From Candidatus Omnitrophota bacterium (GTDB lineage Bacteria > Ratteibacteria > UBA8468 > MWAK01): a stretch of DNA of 55,953 nucleotides. The stretch covers positions 1 through 55,953 of the forward strand of contig JBDRQI010000014.1 of assembly GCA_043826355.1 (NCBI GenBank), given 5' to 3'. Both the position numbers and the translations under genes were made by a program. Numbering within the stretch: the first letter of the stretch is position 1; each line of letters starts with the position of its first letter. The notes beneath the pieces are model-generated. The model was not told where the DNA came from. It searched no databases and worked only from the letters and a program-made list of their open reading frames with translations. This document shows positions 18,996 to 28,573 of the stretch, in pieces.

Positions 18996-19538
18996 ATGAA
19001 GAAAATTGCGCAGGTTGGGCTGTTGGTGGTGGCCGGACTGCTGCTCGCGAAAGGCGTGACTGGAGCCGCGGACGTAAAGATCGGCGTCGTAGATGTCAAT
19101 AAAATATTTTCTGACTACACCAAGGTAGCCGAAAACCAGGTGGAGTTTGACAAGTTCCGGGAGAAACGCCAGGCAGACGTGCAGAAAAAGGCAGACGAGA
19201 CCCAAAAGGAGATTGAGACCCTGCAGGACAAGCTGGGTAATCAAGGTAAGATCCTGAAGAAGGAAGAATCGGAAAAAATCACGGCTGAGATTGAAAAGAA
19301 GAAGCAGGATGTCCTTAACCTCCAGCGGGAAGCCTACCAGGAGCTCCAAAAGAAAAATCGCGACCTGGTTGAGGCGCGGATAGCAGAGATTGAAGCGGCC
19401 ATCGCCAAACTGGCCAAAGAAAAGGGTTACGCCGTCGTAATCAACAAGGAAGCGGTCCTTTATTTCTTCCCGGAAACGGCTGACCTGAGCGACCAGGTTA
19501 TCGCTGTCTTAAACAAACCGGACGCGGCGAAAAAGTGA
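18996..19538 (+). CDS. skp: Skp/OmpH periplasmic chaperone
   Basis: Signal peptide, KIGVVD, coiled coil, DLSDQVI; lies after bamA. Confidence 0.92.
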   Translation: MKKIAQVGLLVVAGLLLAKGVTGAADVKIGVVDVNKIFSDYTKVAENQVEFDKFREKRQADVQKKADETQKEIETLQDKLGNQGKILKKEESEKITAEIEKKKQDVLNLQREAYQELQKKNRDLVEARIAEIEAAIAKLAKEKGYAVVINKEAVLYFFPETADLSDQVIAVLNKPDAAKK

Positions 19539-19557
19539 CGAAAGCGCACTCCGATTC

Positions 19558-19623
19558 TGTCATCCTGAGCCCAAGCGAATGATCTGAAAAACGAGATTCT
19601 TCGGCTTCCGCCTCAGAATGACA
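19558..19623. repeat. Palindromic repeat TGTCATCCTGAG...CTCAGAATGACA
   Basis: 12-bp terminal inverted repeat with one mismatch; internal GCGAATGATCT / AGATTCTTCG arms. Confidence 0.75.
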
Positions 19624-19627
19624 TATT

Positions 19628-20680
19628 ATGCACCCCATGGGTAAAACGGTTAAACAACTGGCCGTTCTGGTTGGCGGGCAGGTCATCGGCGACGAAGACC
19701 TGGTTGTCGGCGGCGTCTCCGGAATCAAGGAGGCAAAGGCCGGCGACATTACCTTTGTCGCCAACCGCAAGTACTATTGCCTGATGGATAAGACCCAGGC
19801 CTCCGCAATCCTGGCGCCGCCGGAGATAAAGACCGGCCGGCGCACCCTGATTTCGGTTGACAATCCTTCGCTCGCTTTTGCCCGCATCGTCTCCCTTTTC
19901 GGCCCGGAAGCCGTCAAGTTCCCGCCCGGCATCCATCCTACCGCCATCGTCGGAGAAGGCGTGGTCCTGGGCAAAGACGTTTCCATCCAACCCTATGTGG
20001 TAATTGAAAATCACGCCCGAATCGGCGACCGGACCGTGCTTTGCGCCGGCGTATACGTGGGACATTATACCAGCATCGGAGATGACTGTCTCGTCTTTCC
20101 CCGCGTTTCCATACGGGAAAGGGTGGAGATCGGCAACCGGGTGGTTATCCACGGGGGAACCGTTATCGGCGATGACGGTTTTGGCTTTGCCACCGTCAGC
20201 GGCATACACCAGAAAATTCCCCAGATCGGCACGGTGCGAATTGAAGACGACGTAGAAATCGGTTCCTGCGTCATTATAGACCGGGCGCGTTTTGACGCAA
20301 CCCTGATTAAACGGGGTGTTAAGATTGACAACCTGGTCCAGGTTGCCCACAACGTTACCATCGGCGAACACACCATCGTCGTGGCCCAGGTAGGTATTTC
20401 CGGCAGCGCTACCATCGGCAAAAATGTAATCATCGCCGGCCAGGCCGGGATAATCGGCCACGTAGATGTCGGGAACAACGTAATCATCGCTGGAAAGTCA
20501 GGCGTTACCAAAAACATTCCGTCCGGCAAAAAGGTGTCCGGTTTCCCGGCCCGGGAACATAGCCAGGACATGAAAATTCAGGCCTATCTGCATAAACAGC
20601 CCGAGCTCTGGGAAAAGGTTTTAGCGATGGAGGCCCGGCTCGCTAAATTGGAGAAAGATGGCTCAGCAGACAACCATTAA
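19628..20680 (+). CDS. lpxD: UDP-3-O-acylglucosamine N-acyltransferase
   Basis: Hexapeptide repeats, DGFGF, KIDNLVQVAHNV. Confidence 0.96.
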   Translation: MHPMGKTVKQLAVLVGGQVIGDEDLVVGGVSGIKEAKAGDITFVANRKYYCLMDKTQASAILAPPEIKTGRRTLISVDNPSLAFARIVSLFGPEAVKFPPGIHPTAIVGEGVVLGKDVSIQPYVVIENHARIGDRTVLCAGVYVGHYTSIGDDCLVFPRVSIRERVEIGNRVVIHGGTVIGDDGFGFATVSGIHQKIPQIGTVRIEDDVEIGSCVIIDRARFDATLIKRGVKIDNLVQVAHNVTIGEHTIVVAQVGISGSATIGKNVIIAGQAGIIGHVDVGNNVIIAGKSGVTKNIPSGKKVSGFPAREHSQDMKIQAYLHKQPELWEKVLAMEARLAKLEKDGSADNH

Positions 20681-21977
20681 AAAAGAAGTGTCCTTTAAAG
20701 GAAAAGGCCTTCACACCGCCCACGAAGCGAAAGTAACTTTTAAGCCGGCTCCGAACGATGCCGGGCTCGTCTTCGTGCGCACCGACCTGCCCGGCCACCC
20801 GAAGATTAAAGCGGAAATCGCCAACCTTCTGCCGGAAGAAAGGCGCTCCCGGCGCACTTCTATCGGCAGCGGCCCGGTAGAAATCCACACGATTGAGCAC
20901 ATCCTGGCCACGGTACTGGGTCTGGGCATTGACAATCTTTTGGTTGAGATAGACAACGATGAGTTCCCCGGCGAAGACGGCAGCAGCAAGCATCTGGCCG
21001 AAATTCTCCTGAAAGCAGGCCTGTCGGAACAGCCGGCTCAACGCCATTTGCTCACCCTAAAGGAGCCGGTCTTTGTCGGCAACAACGGCAGCCAGGTCAT
21101 CGCGCTCCCGGCGCCGGAATTCAAGGTTTCCTATACGCTGGACTATCCCGCACCCCTGAACAGCCAGTTCGCCTCTTTTCCGATAAACCGCCATACCTTC
21201 CTGCACGAAATTGCTCCGGCCCGCACCTTCTGTCTCCAGGAAGAGGTTGACGTTCTGGTGAAAAGCGGTTTGGGCAAGGGTTCCAACTATGACAACACCA
21301 TCGTCATCGGCAAAAAGGGCGCAATCAACAACACCCTGCGTTTTGAGAACGAAATGGTGCGCCACAAAATTCTGGACCTTTTGGGCGACATCAGCCTGCT
21401 GGACGTAAAGCCCCAGATGCATATCGTGGCGATTCGAAGCGGACACAACCTTAATGTCCGCCTGGTTAGCAAACTGCTTGACATAAACCGCCGGGAGACT
21501 GCGGCCGGCGTGATTTCGCCGGAAGTAGAGGCGGTTTCGGGCAAGGAGTTCCTGGAGGCGGAGGACATCTTAAAAATTATCCCGCACCGACACCCGTTCC
21601 TCTTTGTGGACCGGATTTTGAAAATTGAAGACGACAAAATAATTGTCGGCCTCAAAAACGTTTCTATTACGGAACCATATTTCGCCGGCCATTTTCCAGA
21701 CCACCCGGTAATGCCCGGAGTCGTTTTGATTGAAACGATGGCGCAGGTAGCCGCGTGTCTAATGCTGAGAAAAAAGGAAAACCGCAACAAGGTCGCCTAT
21801 TTCGCAGCCATAGATAAAGCCCGTTTTCGGAATGCGGTCCTTCCCGGAGACCAACTGCTCGTCAAGGTAGAGTTAATAAAATTTCGCACCCGGATCGGCC
21901 AGGTACACGCCAAGGCTTCGGTAAACGGAAGGGTGGCAGCCGAAGCGGACCTGATGTTTGCCCTCCTGGAACGGTAA
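20658..21977 (+). CDS. lpxC: Fused LpxC deacetylase / FabZ dehydratase
   Basis: GKGLHT, TIEH, ARTF, HKILD (LpxC), then IPHRHPFLFVDR, GHFP..PVMPGV (FabZ). Confidence 0.96.
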   Translation: MAQQTTIKKEVSFKGKGLHTAHEAKVTFKPAPNDAGLVFVRTDLPGHPKIKAEIANLLPEERRSRRTSIGSGPVEIHTIEHILATVLGLGIDNLLVEIDNDEFPGEDGSSKHLAEILLKAGLSEQPAQRHLLTLKEPVFVGNNGSQVIALPAPEFKVSYTLDYPAPLNSQFASFPINRHTFLHEIAPARTFCLQEEVDVLVKSGLGKGSNYDNTIVIGKKGAINNTLRFENEMVRHKILDLLGDISLLDVKPQMHIVAIRSGHNLNVRLVSKLLDINRRETAAGVISPEVEAVSGKEFLEAEDILKIIPHRHPFLFVDRILKIEDDKIIVGLKNVSITEPYFAGHFPDHPVMPGVVLIETMAQVAACLMLRKKENRNKVAYFAAIDKARFRNAVLPGDQLLVKVELIKFRTRIGQVHAKASVNGRVAAEADLMFALLER

Positions 21978-22005
21978 CTGCAAATACGCAGCCCTTAGGG
22001 GTCTC

Positions 22006-22968
22006 TTACCCCAGCCGGATGCGGGGGTCGTTAACCGCCAAAAGAATGTCAGCCAAAAGATTACCCACCACCAGCAGCAGCCCGCCGAAAAAGAGCGACG
22101 CCATTATCACGTAGAGGTCCTGACTCATCACCGCGGCAAGCATCAGCTGCCCCAGGCCCGGCCAGGAGAGTATAATCTCCACCAGCGCCACCCCGGAAAG
22201 AAGGCCGGAAAGTTCGTAACCCAGAAGCGTAATTAAGGGGTTAAGGCTGTTGCGCAAAACATGGCGGAAGACCCTATTCTCCGCAAGTCCTTTGCCGCGC
22301 AAGGCGGTTACGAAGGGCGCGGAAAGATTCTCCAGAAAGTTAGCCCGGGTCACCCGAAAGAGTCCGCCGAATCCGCAAATGGTTAAAACCAGGGCCGGAA
22401 GACTTACATGCCAGAGCCGGTCTGCAAAACGAAGCGGCGCGGAAAGTTCCCCGGCAAAGACGCCCTGGCTGCCTCCCAGCGGAAAGATCCCGGTGCGGGC
22501 CGCAAAAACCAGAAACATGAGAGCCAGAAAAAAAGAGGGAAGCGAGATGCTGACAAAAGCAAAGACCGAGAAGAGTTTGTCAACCGGTTTGTGTGCCTTG
22601 GTTGCGGCCAGCACACCCAGCGGTACGCTGATCAACCAGGTTAGAAAGAGCGTAATCAGGGAAAGAAACAGGGTGTTAATCAGCCGTTCCCGAATCAGGG
22701 TGGCAACCGGTATGTGGTAGACGAAAGAGACGCCTAAGTTAAAAGTAAAAAGGTTTCGCAGCCACTTGAGGTATTGAATTGCCGGATTTGCGCCCAGACC
22801 AAACTGCTGCCGCATCAGTTGTAGGGTCTCCGGTGCAATCTGCGGGTCAAGGGAAAGCTTGGTGAAGTAATCGCCGGGCGCCAGCTGCATAACCAGAAAA
22901 GAAAGGAAGGTCATCCCGACCAAGAGCGGGATAAGGTGCAGAAACCGTTTGCCTATGTATCGCCACAT
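22006..22968 (-). CDS. Peptide/nickel ABC transporter permease (OppB/AppB-like)
   Basis: APGD, LGVSF, ALRGKGL (EAA loop), HVLRN, WPGLG, DPRIR. Confidence 0.92.
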   Translation of the reverse strand: MWRYIGKRFLHLIPLLVGMTFLSFLVMQLAPGDYFTKLSLDPQIAPETLQLMRQQFGLGANPAIQYLKWLRNLFTFNLGVSFVYHIPVATLIRERLINTLFLSLITLFLTWLISVPLGVLAATKAHKPVDKLFSVFAFVSISLPSFFLALMFLVFAARTGIFPLGGSQGVFAGELSAPLRFADRLWHVSLPALVLTICGFGGLFRVTRANFLENLSAPFVTALRGKGLAENRVFRHVLRNSLNPLITLLGYELSGLLSGVALVEIILSWPGLGQLMLAAVMSQDLYVIMASLFFGGLLLVVGNLLADILLAVNDPRIRLG

Positions 22969-22977
22969 GGTAAAAAA

Positions 22978-23040
22978 GTGTCAATGTGCCAAGTGTCTTG
23001 TGTCCTGTGTCAAACAACACCCTGATGCTGACACTTGATG
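22978..23040. repeat. Heptamer-period repeat (GTGTC core) with inverted copy
   Basis: GTGTCAA TGTGCCAA GTGTCTT GTGTCCT GTGTCAA ... TGACACTTGA. Confidence 0.45.
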
Positions 23041-23047
23041 TTTTAAA

Positions 23048-23863
23048 TTACGGAAGCAGGGAAAGCCGGCTGGAAAATGTGCTTTTCGCGGAGTATCCCA
23101 AATCCACGCTGCCCTGCGTCTCGCCGGAAAGCAGGCGGCCGTCTGCAAACAAGCCGGTTCCTTTTCCCTGATTATAATCCCTGGTCTGCACCGCGCTGTT
23201 CTTTTCTGGTCGCATTGAAGGCGGCGCAGTAAGATCAAAATCTATTTTGGCGCATGGCTGTCCGTTAAAAACCGCCGGACCAAGATATCGACAACGGGTA
23301 AGGTCTGGAAAAACCTGGGACAGAAAAAGGCCCCATGGCAAACCGGATGAATTGCTTAACGCCTCCTGTCCGGGCACGAGACCGTAAGAACCTATCCGGA
23401 ATTGCACGGCCTGGCCGACGGCCGAAGCCGGGGAAACAATCTCCTTGGAACCGGTTGTGGTCCGGGCGCTAAACTTTTCTGCTCTTGCCTCAAGTGTGGC
23501 GACGCCGACGGAGTCAACCTCAACTATCCGGGCGTACACCTGAAAAGCAATCTTTGTTGTAATTGGCAGGTTCTGGCCAACGAGCCCGGACGGGGAATTC
23601 TGGGCCTGACTGGCGCCGTCGGACACTTTAACCTCGTGCTGTAAGTCCAGCCGATAACGGAACGTCTGGTGTGGCTGAAGTTTATATTGGAGCAGGGTGT
23701 CGCCTTGGACAACGGCAGGCTGGGTGGGGAACAACACTATCAGCGCTGAGATTGCCGCGCCCCAAATACAGGACAGGCGAGACTTGTCCGCCGAAGTCTT
23801 AGCGAAGGCGGGCGCCTGTTCCGCTGAACGGGCTCGCAATGACACCTTGGTTTGTTTAGGCAA
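23048..23863 (-). CDS. Hypothetical exported beta-rich protein
   Basis: TTG 23863 overlaps the upstream stop; hydrophobic stretch AAISALIVLF, then LQYKL...FRY; start uncertain. Confidence 0.6.
   Translation of the reverse strand: MPKQTKVSLRARSAEQAPAFAKTSADKSRLSCIWGAAISALIVLFPTQPAVVQGDTLLQYKLQPHQTFRYRLDLQHEVKVSDGASQAQNSPSGLVGQNLPITTKIAFQVYARIVEVDSVGVATLEARAEKFSARTTTGSKEIVSPASAVGQAVQFRIGSYGLVPGQEALSNSSGLPWGLFLSQVFPDLTRCRYLGPAVFNGQPCAKIDFDLTAPPSMRPEKNSAVQTRDYNQGKGTGLFADGRLLSGETQGSVDLGYSAKSTFSSRLSLLP
23748..23844. repeat. Nested palindromic repeats
   Basis: Outer GAGATTGCCGCGCCC...GGGCTCGCAATGACA; middle ACAGGCG...CGCCTGT; inner TTGTCCGCCGAAGTCTTAGCGAAGGCGG. Confidence 0.7.
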
Positions 23864-25007
23864 AATACGCTGCCAGCCGGTTGGCTGCTTCCGTAAGAAC
23901 TTCTTCCGAAACCGCGTAGGAAAGCCGCAGGTATCCCTCCATGCCAAAGGCCTTGCCCGGCACCAGGGCAACCTGCACCTCTTCCAGAAGGCGGGAGGCG
24001 CATCCAACCGAGTCCTTGATTGACGGATGGGTGAAAAAAAGGTAGAAAGCGCCGGCTGGATATGGGTAGGAAATTTTCTTGACAGGGGGAAAAATTTTCA
24101 AGAGAAGGTCGCGGCGCTTCTGAAACGCCCGGCACATCTCCCGCACACCCTGTTGTTTCCCGGAAAGCGCGGCCAAGGCTGCCTTCTGACTCAAAGAGCA
24201 GGGGTTTGAGGTTGATTGATCCTGGAGTTTTGCGCAGGCATCGGCTAATTCCTGGGAACCCAGAAACCAGCCGATGCGCCAGCCGGTCATGGCGTAGGTC
24301 TTGGATGCGGCGCCGACGATTATCGTCCGCTCTTCCATTCCAGAGAGACTGGCCATGCTGCAGAAGGGCTGACCGTCATAAAGAAAATACTGATAGGCGT
24401 CGTCTGATATAATCAGAACCTCTTTGTCCTGCACCCAATGCGAAATATCCTCCAGTTCTTTTCTTGTGTAAACCACGCCGGAGGGATTGTTGGGGCTGTT
24501 TATAATCAGACACCTGGTTTTATTTGTAAAAACCCGCTCCAGGTTTTCGGGCCTTACCTTCAGGTCCGTCCCGGACGGCACAAAGGCCGGAACGCCGCCG
24601 GCCAGTTTTACCATCTCGGGATAACTGGTCCAATAGGGCACCGGGATAAGCACCTCGTCACCCGGGTCTAACAGAGCCTGGAAAAGGTTATAGAGAGTGT
24701 GTTTGGAGCCGCAGGAAACGACAACCTGATTGGTCCCGTAAACAAGACCGGTCTCTTCCCTTGCCTGCCGGCAAATCGCTTCCCGTAAGGCCAGAATTCC
24801 CCGGCTGTCCGTGTACCGGCTAAAATTCTCCCTGACCGCAGCGACAACCGCCTTTTTCGCTTCGTCCGGCGCCGGGAAGTTCGGTTCGCCCACCGAAAGG
24901 TTGAAGATTTTAATCCCTCTATCCTGAAGTTCTTTTGCCTTCCGGCCGGCCGCCAAGGTGGCCGACGGCGCTAAATTCATTATCCGCTTTGAGAGGTTTG
25001 TGTTCAT
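23856..25007 (-). CDS. aspC: Class I PLP aminotransferase (aspartate aminotransferase-like)
   Basis: SVGEPNF, NSPNNPSG, SDDAY, SKTYAMTGWRIG. Confidence 0.88.
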   Translation of the reverse strand: MNTNLSKRIMNLAPSATLAAGRKAKELQDRGIKIFNLSVGEPNFPAPDEAKKAVVAAVRENFSRYTDSRGILALREAICRQAREETGLVYGTNQVVVSCGSKHTLYNLFQALLDPGDEVLIPVPYWTSYPEMVKLAGGVPAFVPSGTDLKVRPENLERVFTNKTRCLIINSPNNPSGVVYTRKELEDISHWVQDKEVLIISDDAYQYFLYDGQPFCSMASLSGMEERTIIVGAASKTYAMTGWRIGWFLGSQELADACAKLQDQSTSNPCSLSQKAALAALSGKQQGVREMCRAFQKRRDLLLKIFPPVKKISYPYPAGAFYLFFTHPSIKDSVGCASRLLEEVQVALVPGKAFGMEGYLRLSYAVSEEVLTEAANRLAAYFA

Positions 25008-25039
25008 AGGTTCGGAAGCGGCGACCCCGGAGGGTCGCA

Positions 25040-26212
25040 CTACAATATCTTCGCAATGTTGCGCGCCGCCTGGCGCAGGCGCTGTTCGTTCTCCACCAGG
25101 GCAATTCGCACAAAACCTTCACCGTATGGACCGAAACCAACGCCCGGCGAAACAGCTACGTCTGCCTTTTCCAGCAGGAGGGTGGCAAACGCCAGCGACC
25201 CCATGGTCCGCATCTTCTCCGGCAGGGGCACCCAGAGATACATCGTGGCCGGCGAAACCGGCACGTCCCAGCCGGCCTTTTTCAGGCACGAAACCAGCAC
25301 GTCCCGGCGGTTCTGGTATGTCTGCCGCGTCTGGGCCACGCAGTCCTGGGGACCGTTCAGCGCGGCAATGGCTGCTATCTGTATCGGAGTAAAAACGCCG
25401 TAATCGTAATAGCTTTTCAGTTTCACCAGCGCTCCGGCCAACTCTTCGTTGCCTACCGCAAAACCAACCCGCCAGCCGGCCATATTATAAGTCTTGGACA
25501 AGGAATAGAATTCAATTGCCACCTCTTTGGCGCCCGGCACCTGCAGGATGCTGGGCGCGGAGCCTCCGTCAAAAACCAGTTCTCCGTAAGCCAGGTCGTG
25601 GATGAGAAAAAGGTCGTTCCGGCGGCAAAAATCAACCGCCTCTTTCATAAAATCAAGACTCGCACAGGCGGTGGTGGGGTTGTGGGGAAAAGAAAGGAGC
25701 ATCGCCTTGGGTCTGGGTTCCGCCTTGAGGTTAATCTTGGACAGGTCCGGTAAAAAACCGTTCTCCGCCAACAACGGCATGTCTTGCGTTCTGACGCCGA
25801 TGATGTGGAACGGAAAATAGTGGGCCGGATAGCTGGGGTTTGGCACCAGAATTGCTTCGCCCGGATTAAAAGCGGCCAGCGCAAAATGGCACAGACCTTC
25901 CTTGCTGCCGATAACCGTTACTACTTCCTTGTCCGGGTCGAGCGAAACACCGAACCTTTTTGCGTACCGCTCGGCAATCGCCCGGCGCAAACCCTTAATC
26001 CCCTTTGAAGCGGAATAACGATGCATTTTGGGGTTGTCCGCCACCTCTTTTAGTTTGGCGATGACGTGCGGCGGCGCCGGCATGTCCGGGTTTCCCATGC
26101 CTAAATCAATCACATCACGCCCTTCGGCTCTTGCCTGTGCCTTCAGCCGGTTTATCCGCTCAAAAATGTACGGCGGAAGACTCGCAATTCGTTCTGCTTT
26201 GCAGTTAATCAT
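25040..26212 (-). CDS. Class I PLP aminotransferase (AlaC / LL-DAP aminotransferase-like)
   Basis: LPPYIF, DLGMGNPD, FPHNPT, HDLAY, SKTYNMAGWR, KSYYDYG. Confidence 0.88.
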   Translation of the reverse strand: MINCKAERIASLPPYIFERINRLKAQARAEGRDVIDLGMGNPDMPAPPHVIAKLKEVADNPKMHRYSASKGIKGLRRAIAERYAKRFGVSLDPDKEVVTVIGSKEGLCHFALAAFNPGEAILVPNPSYPAHYFPFHIIGVRTQDMPLLAENGFLPDLSKINLKAEPRPKAMLLSFPHNPTTACASLDFMKEAVDFCRRNDLFLIHDLAYGELVFDGGSAPSILQVPGAKEVAIEFYSLSKTYNMAGWRVGFAVGNEELAGALVKLKSYYDYGVFTPIQIAAIAALNGPQDCVAQTRQTYQNRRDVLVSCLKKAGWDVPVSPATMYLWVPLPEKMRTMGSLAFATLLLEKADVAVSPGVGFGPYGEGFVRIALVENEQRLRQAARNIAKIL

Positions 26213-26436
26213 ATTATTACCGCTAATATCTGTCCGACTTTTACCTTGTCGCCCTCGCTGACGCTAATTTGTTTCACCGTCCCGAAGGTCGGTGACGGCA
26301 GATTAAAGCTGGTCTTTTCCGTGGTCAGCTCCACCAGGTCCTCGCCTTCTTTTACGGCGTCGCCGGCCTTTTTATACCAGAAAGAAACGCTGGCTTCTTC
26401 AATTCCTTCACCCATCTCCGGCAGTTTTACTTCCAT
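26209..26436 (-). CDS. Stand-alone lipoyl-domain protein
   Basis: VKLPEMGEGI, W.KK.GD.V, TEK lipoyl-lysine; 75 aa, GAGGAG RBS. Confidence 0.9.
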   Translation of the reverse strand: MEVKLPEMGEGIEEASVSFWYKKAGDAVKEGEDLVELTTEKTSFNLPSPTFGTVKQISVSEGDKVKVGQILAVII

Positions 26437-26488
26437 GTTTGCTCCTCTTCGTAATGTGAGTGTTGTCAAAAACAACCGCAAAACCCTG

Positions 26489-26559
26489 CCACGGAAACGC
26501 TGAAAAACGATTTAACGCATATTCTAAGTTCCTTATTCCGTGTCTCCGTGCTTCCGTGG
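26489..26559. repeat. Short-period imperfect inverted repeat (CCACGG / TCCGTG x3)
   Basis: CCACGGAAAC ... TCCGTGTCTCCGTGCTTCCGTGG. Confidence 0.5.
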
Positions 26560-26629
26560 TGTTCTTTTCTCTGGTTTCATATAATTTTTGACAGTGTCTA
26601 TCGTTTAATATTATAGCCGAACCAAGCCT

Positions 26630-27487
26630 TTAGCGCAAAGCAACCGTTTGTTTAAACAGGTCGGCGGCATAGTAGGAACTGCGCACAAAAGGCCCGCTGG
26701 CGCAGGCCTTGAAACCCATCTCTTCGGCAATCTTTTTATACCCTTCAAATTCTGCCGGCGGTATGTAACGAACCACCGCCAGGTTCTCTTTCTTCGGCCT
26801 CAGGTACTGGCCCAGCGTTAATATGTCACAGCCAACGCTCCGGAGGTCGGAGAACACGTCCAGGACCTCCTCTTTCTCCTCGCCCAAACCGAGCATCAGA
26901 CCGCTCTTGGTAAACGCCGCCCCCTCTTCTTTGGCCGCCCGAAGCAAACCAAGGCTGGTCTGATAAAAAGCCTGCGGCCGCACCGTCGGGTAGAGCCGGG
27001 GAACCGTCTCCAGGTTGTGGTTGAAAACAAGGGGCTTTTCCGCCAGAACCGCCTTTAACCGTTCCCGGCGGCCGTCAAAATCCGGAACCAAAATTTCTGC
27101 CCGGGCGTGCGGTGTTGTTCTGCGAATTTCGGCAAGGGTTGCGGCAAAAACAGCCGCACCCCTGTCGGGCAGGTCGTCCCGCGTTACCGAGGTGAGCACT
27201 ACGTATTCCAGGCCCAGTCTTTCTACCGCTTGCGCCACCCGCCCCGGTTCGTTTTCGTCCGGCGGCTGGGGCGCACCGGTTGCGACCCCGCAGAAAGCGC
27301 ACCTTCGGGTACAGACATTACCCAGAAGCATAAAGGTGGCGACTTTTCGGCTAAAACACTCCGACCGATTCGGGCAAAGCGCCGAAGAACAGACGGTGTG
27401 CAGCCCTAGAGACGCAATCACCGATTCGGTTTCCCTAACTTCTGTGTTTGCCAGAAGCCGTTTTTTCAACCAACCTGGTTTGTCCAT
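26630..27487 (-). CDS. lipA: Lipoyl synthase
   Basis: CX4CX5C, radical SAM CTRRCAFC, NHNLETV, RSSY. Confidence 0.97.
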   Translation of the reverse strand: MDKPGWLKKRLLANTEVRETESVIASLGLHTVCSSALCPNRSECFSRKVATFMLLGNVCTRRCAFCGVATGAPQPPDENEPGRVAQAVERLGLEYVVLTSVTRDDLPDRGAAVFAATLAEIRRTTPHARAEILVPDFDGRRERLKAVLAEKPLVFNHNLETVPRLYPTVRPQAFYQTSLGLLRAAKEEGAAFTKSGLMLGLGEEKEEVLDVFSDLRSVGCDILTLGQYLRPKKENLAVVRYIPPAEFEGYKKIAEEMGFKACASGPFVRSSYYAADLFKQTVALR

Positions 27488-27509
27488 GTGAGCCTGGTTT
27501 TCGGAAACG

Positions 27510-27556
27510 GCAGGGGCGTGATTTATCTTGCCCGCACGGGTCGGATAAACCCACCC
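27510..27556 (+). repeat. GTAG-type REP doublet
   Basis: GCAGGGGCGTGATTTATCTTGCCC-GCAC-GGGTCGGATAAACCCACCC; resembles 47241-47292. Confidence 0.55.
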
Positions 27557-27573
27557 GCCGCATTACGGCGTAA

Positions 27574-28416
27574 TCAAAACGGGAACAACGAAAGGAGGCG
27601 GGTCAGAAACGGTCTTATTTCCCGGCGGGGCAGTACCTGGTCAAGTGCGCCCTTTTTAAACAGAAACTCTGAACGTTGAAATCCGGCCGGGAGTTTGGCC
27701 CGGATGGTCTGTTCGATGACACGCGGCCCGGTAAACCCGATCAGGGCGCCTGGTTCCGCCATCATAAAATCACCCAAAAACGCAAAACTGGCAGCCACGC
27801 CGGCCATGGTCGGGTCGGTCAAAACAGAGACATAGGGTACGCCTGCCTCGGCCAGCCGGCCGACCGCTGCTGAGGTCTTCGCCATCTGAACCAGAGAAAA
27901 CATTCCTTCGTACATCCTTGCTCCACCGCCGCTGGCTGAAAAAATAACCAGTGGGACGCGGTTGACCTGGGCCCGCTCTGCGGCCCGCACCACCTTTTCT
28001 CCAACTACCGAACCCATGCTGCCCATCATAAACCGGCTGTCTATTACCACAACCTCCACCTTGCGTCCGCCGATGGTTCCCTCGCCGGAAACCGCCGCAT
28101 CCGAAAGCCCGGTCTTTTCCTGGTCTTCGCGGACCTTGTCCGGGTAGGCTTTCACCGCCGAAAAAGAAAGCGGGTCGCCGGACTGCATGCTTGCATCCCT
28201 CTCTTTAAAAGAATTTTCGTCCAGGGTAATGGCGATGCGCTGGAACGCGGTAAGCCGGTGGTGAAACTGGCACCGGGGACAGACCCAGAGGTTTTCCTGC
28301 AACCGTTTTTCGTATAGGCTGGCTCCGCAACCCTGGCATTTTGCCCAGGACTCGGCTTTTACCTCCACTTTTTGTTTGGAGGGGACAAACACCGTTTTTT
28401 TTCTCTGCCACCACAT
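27574..28416 (-). CDS. accD: Acetyl-CoA carboxylase carboxyltransferase beta subunit
   Basis: W.KC..C zinc ribbon, GSMGSVVGEK, GGARM, GFTGPRVIEQT. Confidence 0.96.
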   Translation of the reverse strand: MWWQRKKTVFVPSKQKVEVKAESWAKCQGCGASLYEKRLQENLWVCPRCQFHHRLTAFQRIAITLDENSFKERDASMQSGDPLSFSAVKAYPDKVREDQEKTGLSDAAVSGEGTIGGRKVEVVVIDSRFMMGSMGSVVGEKVVRAAERAQVNRVPLVIFSASGGGARMYEGMFSLVQMAKTSAAVGRLAEAGVPYVSVLTDPTMAGVAASFAFLGDFMMAEPGALIGFTGPRVIEQTIRAKLPAGFQRSEFLFKKGALDQVLPRREIRPFLTRLLSLFPF

Positions 28417-28573
28417 ATTACAATTCTCCCGGATGCCGATTACCGCCGACAAACACAACAAAAATTTTTTCTTATGGAACTGCCGGAAAGTGCTCTAATT
28501 TTTCTTGCCTTTTTATCCTGCGTTTGCTGCGTAAATCCGCGTCCCGTTTTTTGGGTTTAGCGGTACCGTGTTC

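Noticed and set aside
19613..20461. 282-aa minus-strand ORF
   Set aside because: Antisense of the repetitive lpxD hexapeptide region.
23864..24007. N-terminal extension of ORF 23048..24007
   Set aside because: Overlaps the aminotransferase 3' end; TTG 23863 is the more plausible start.
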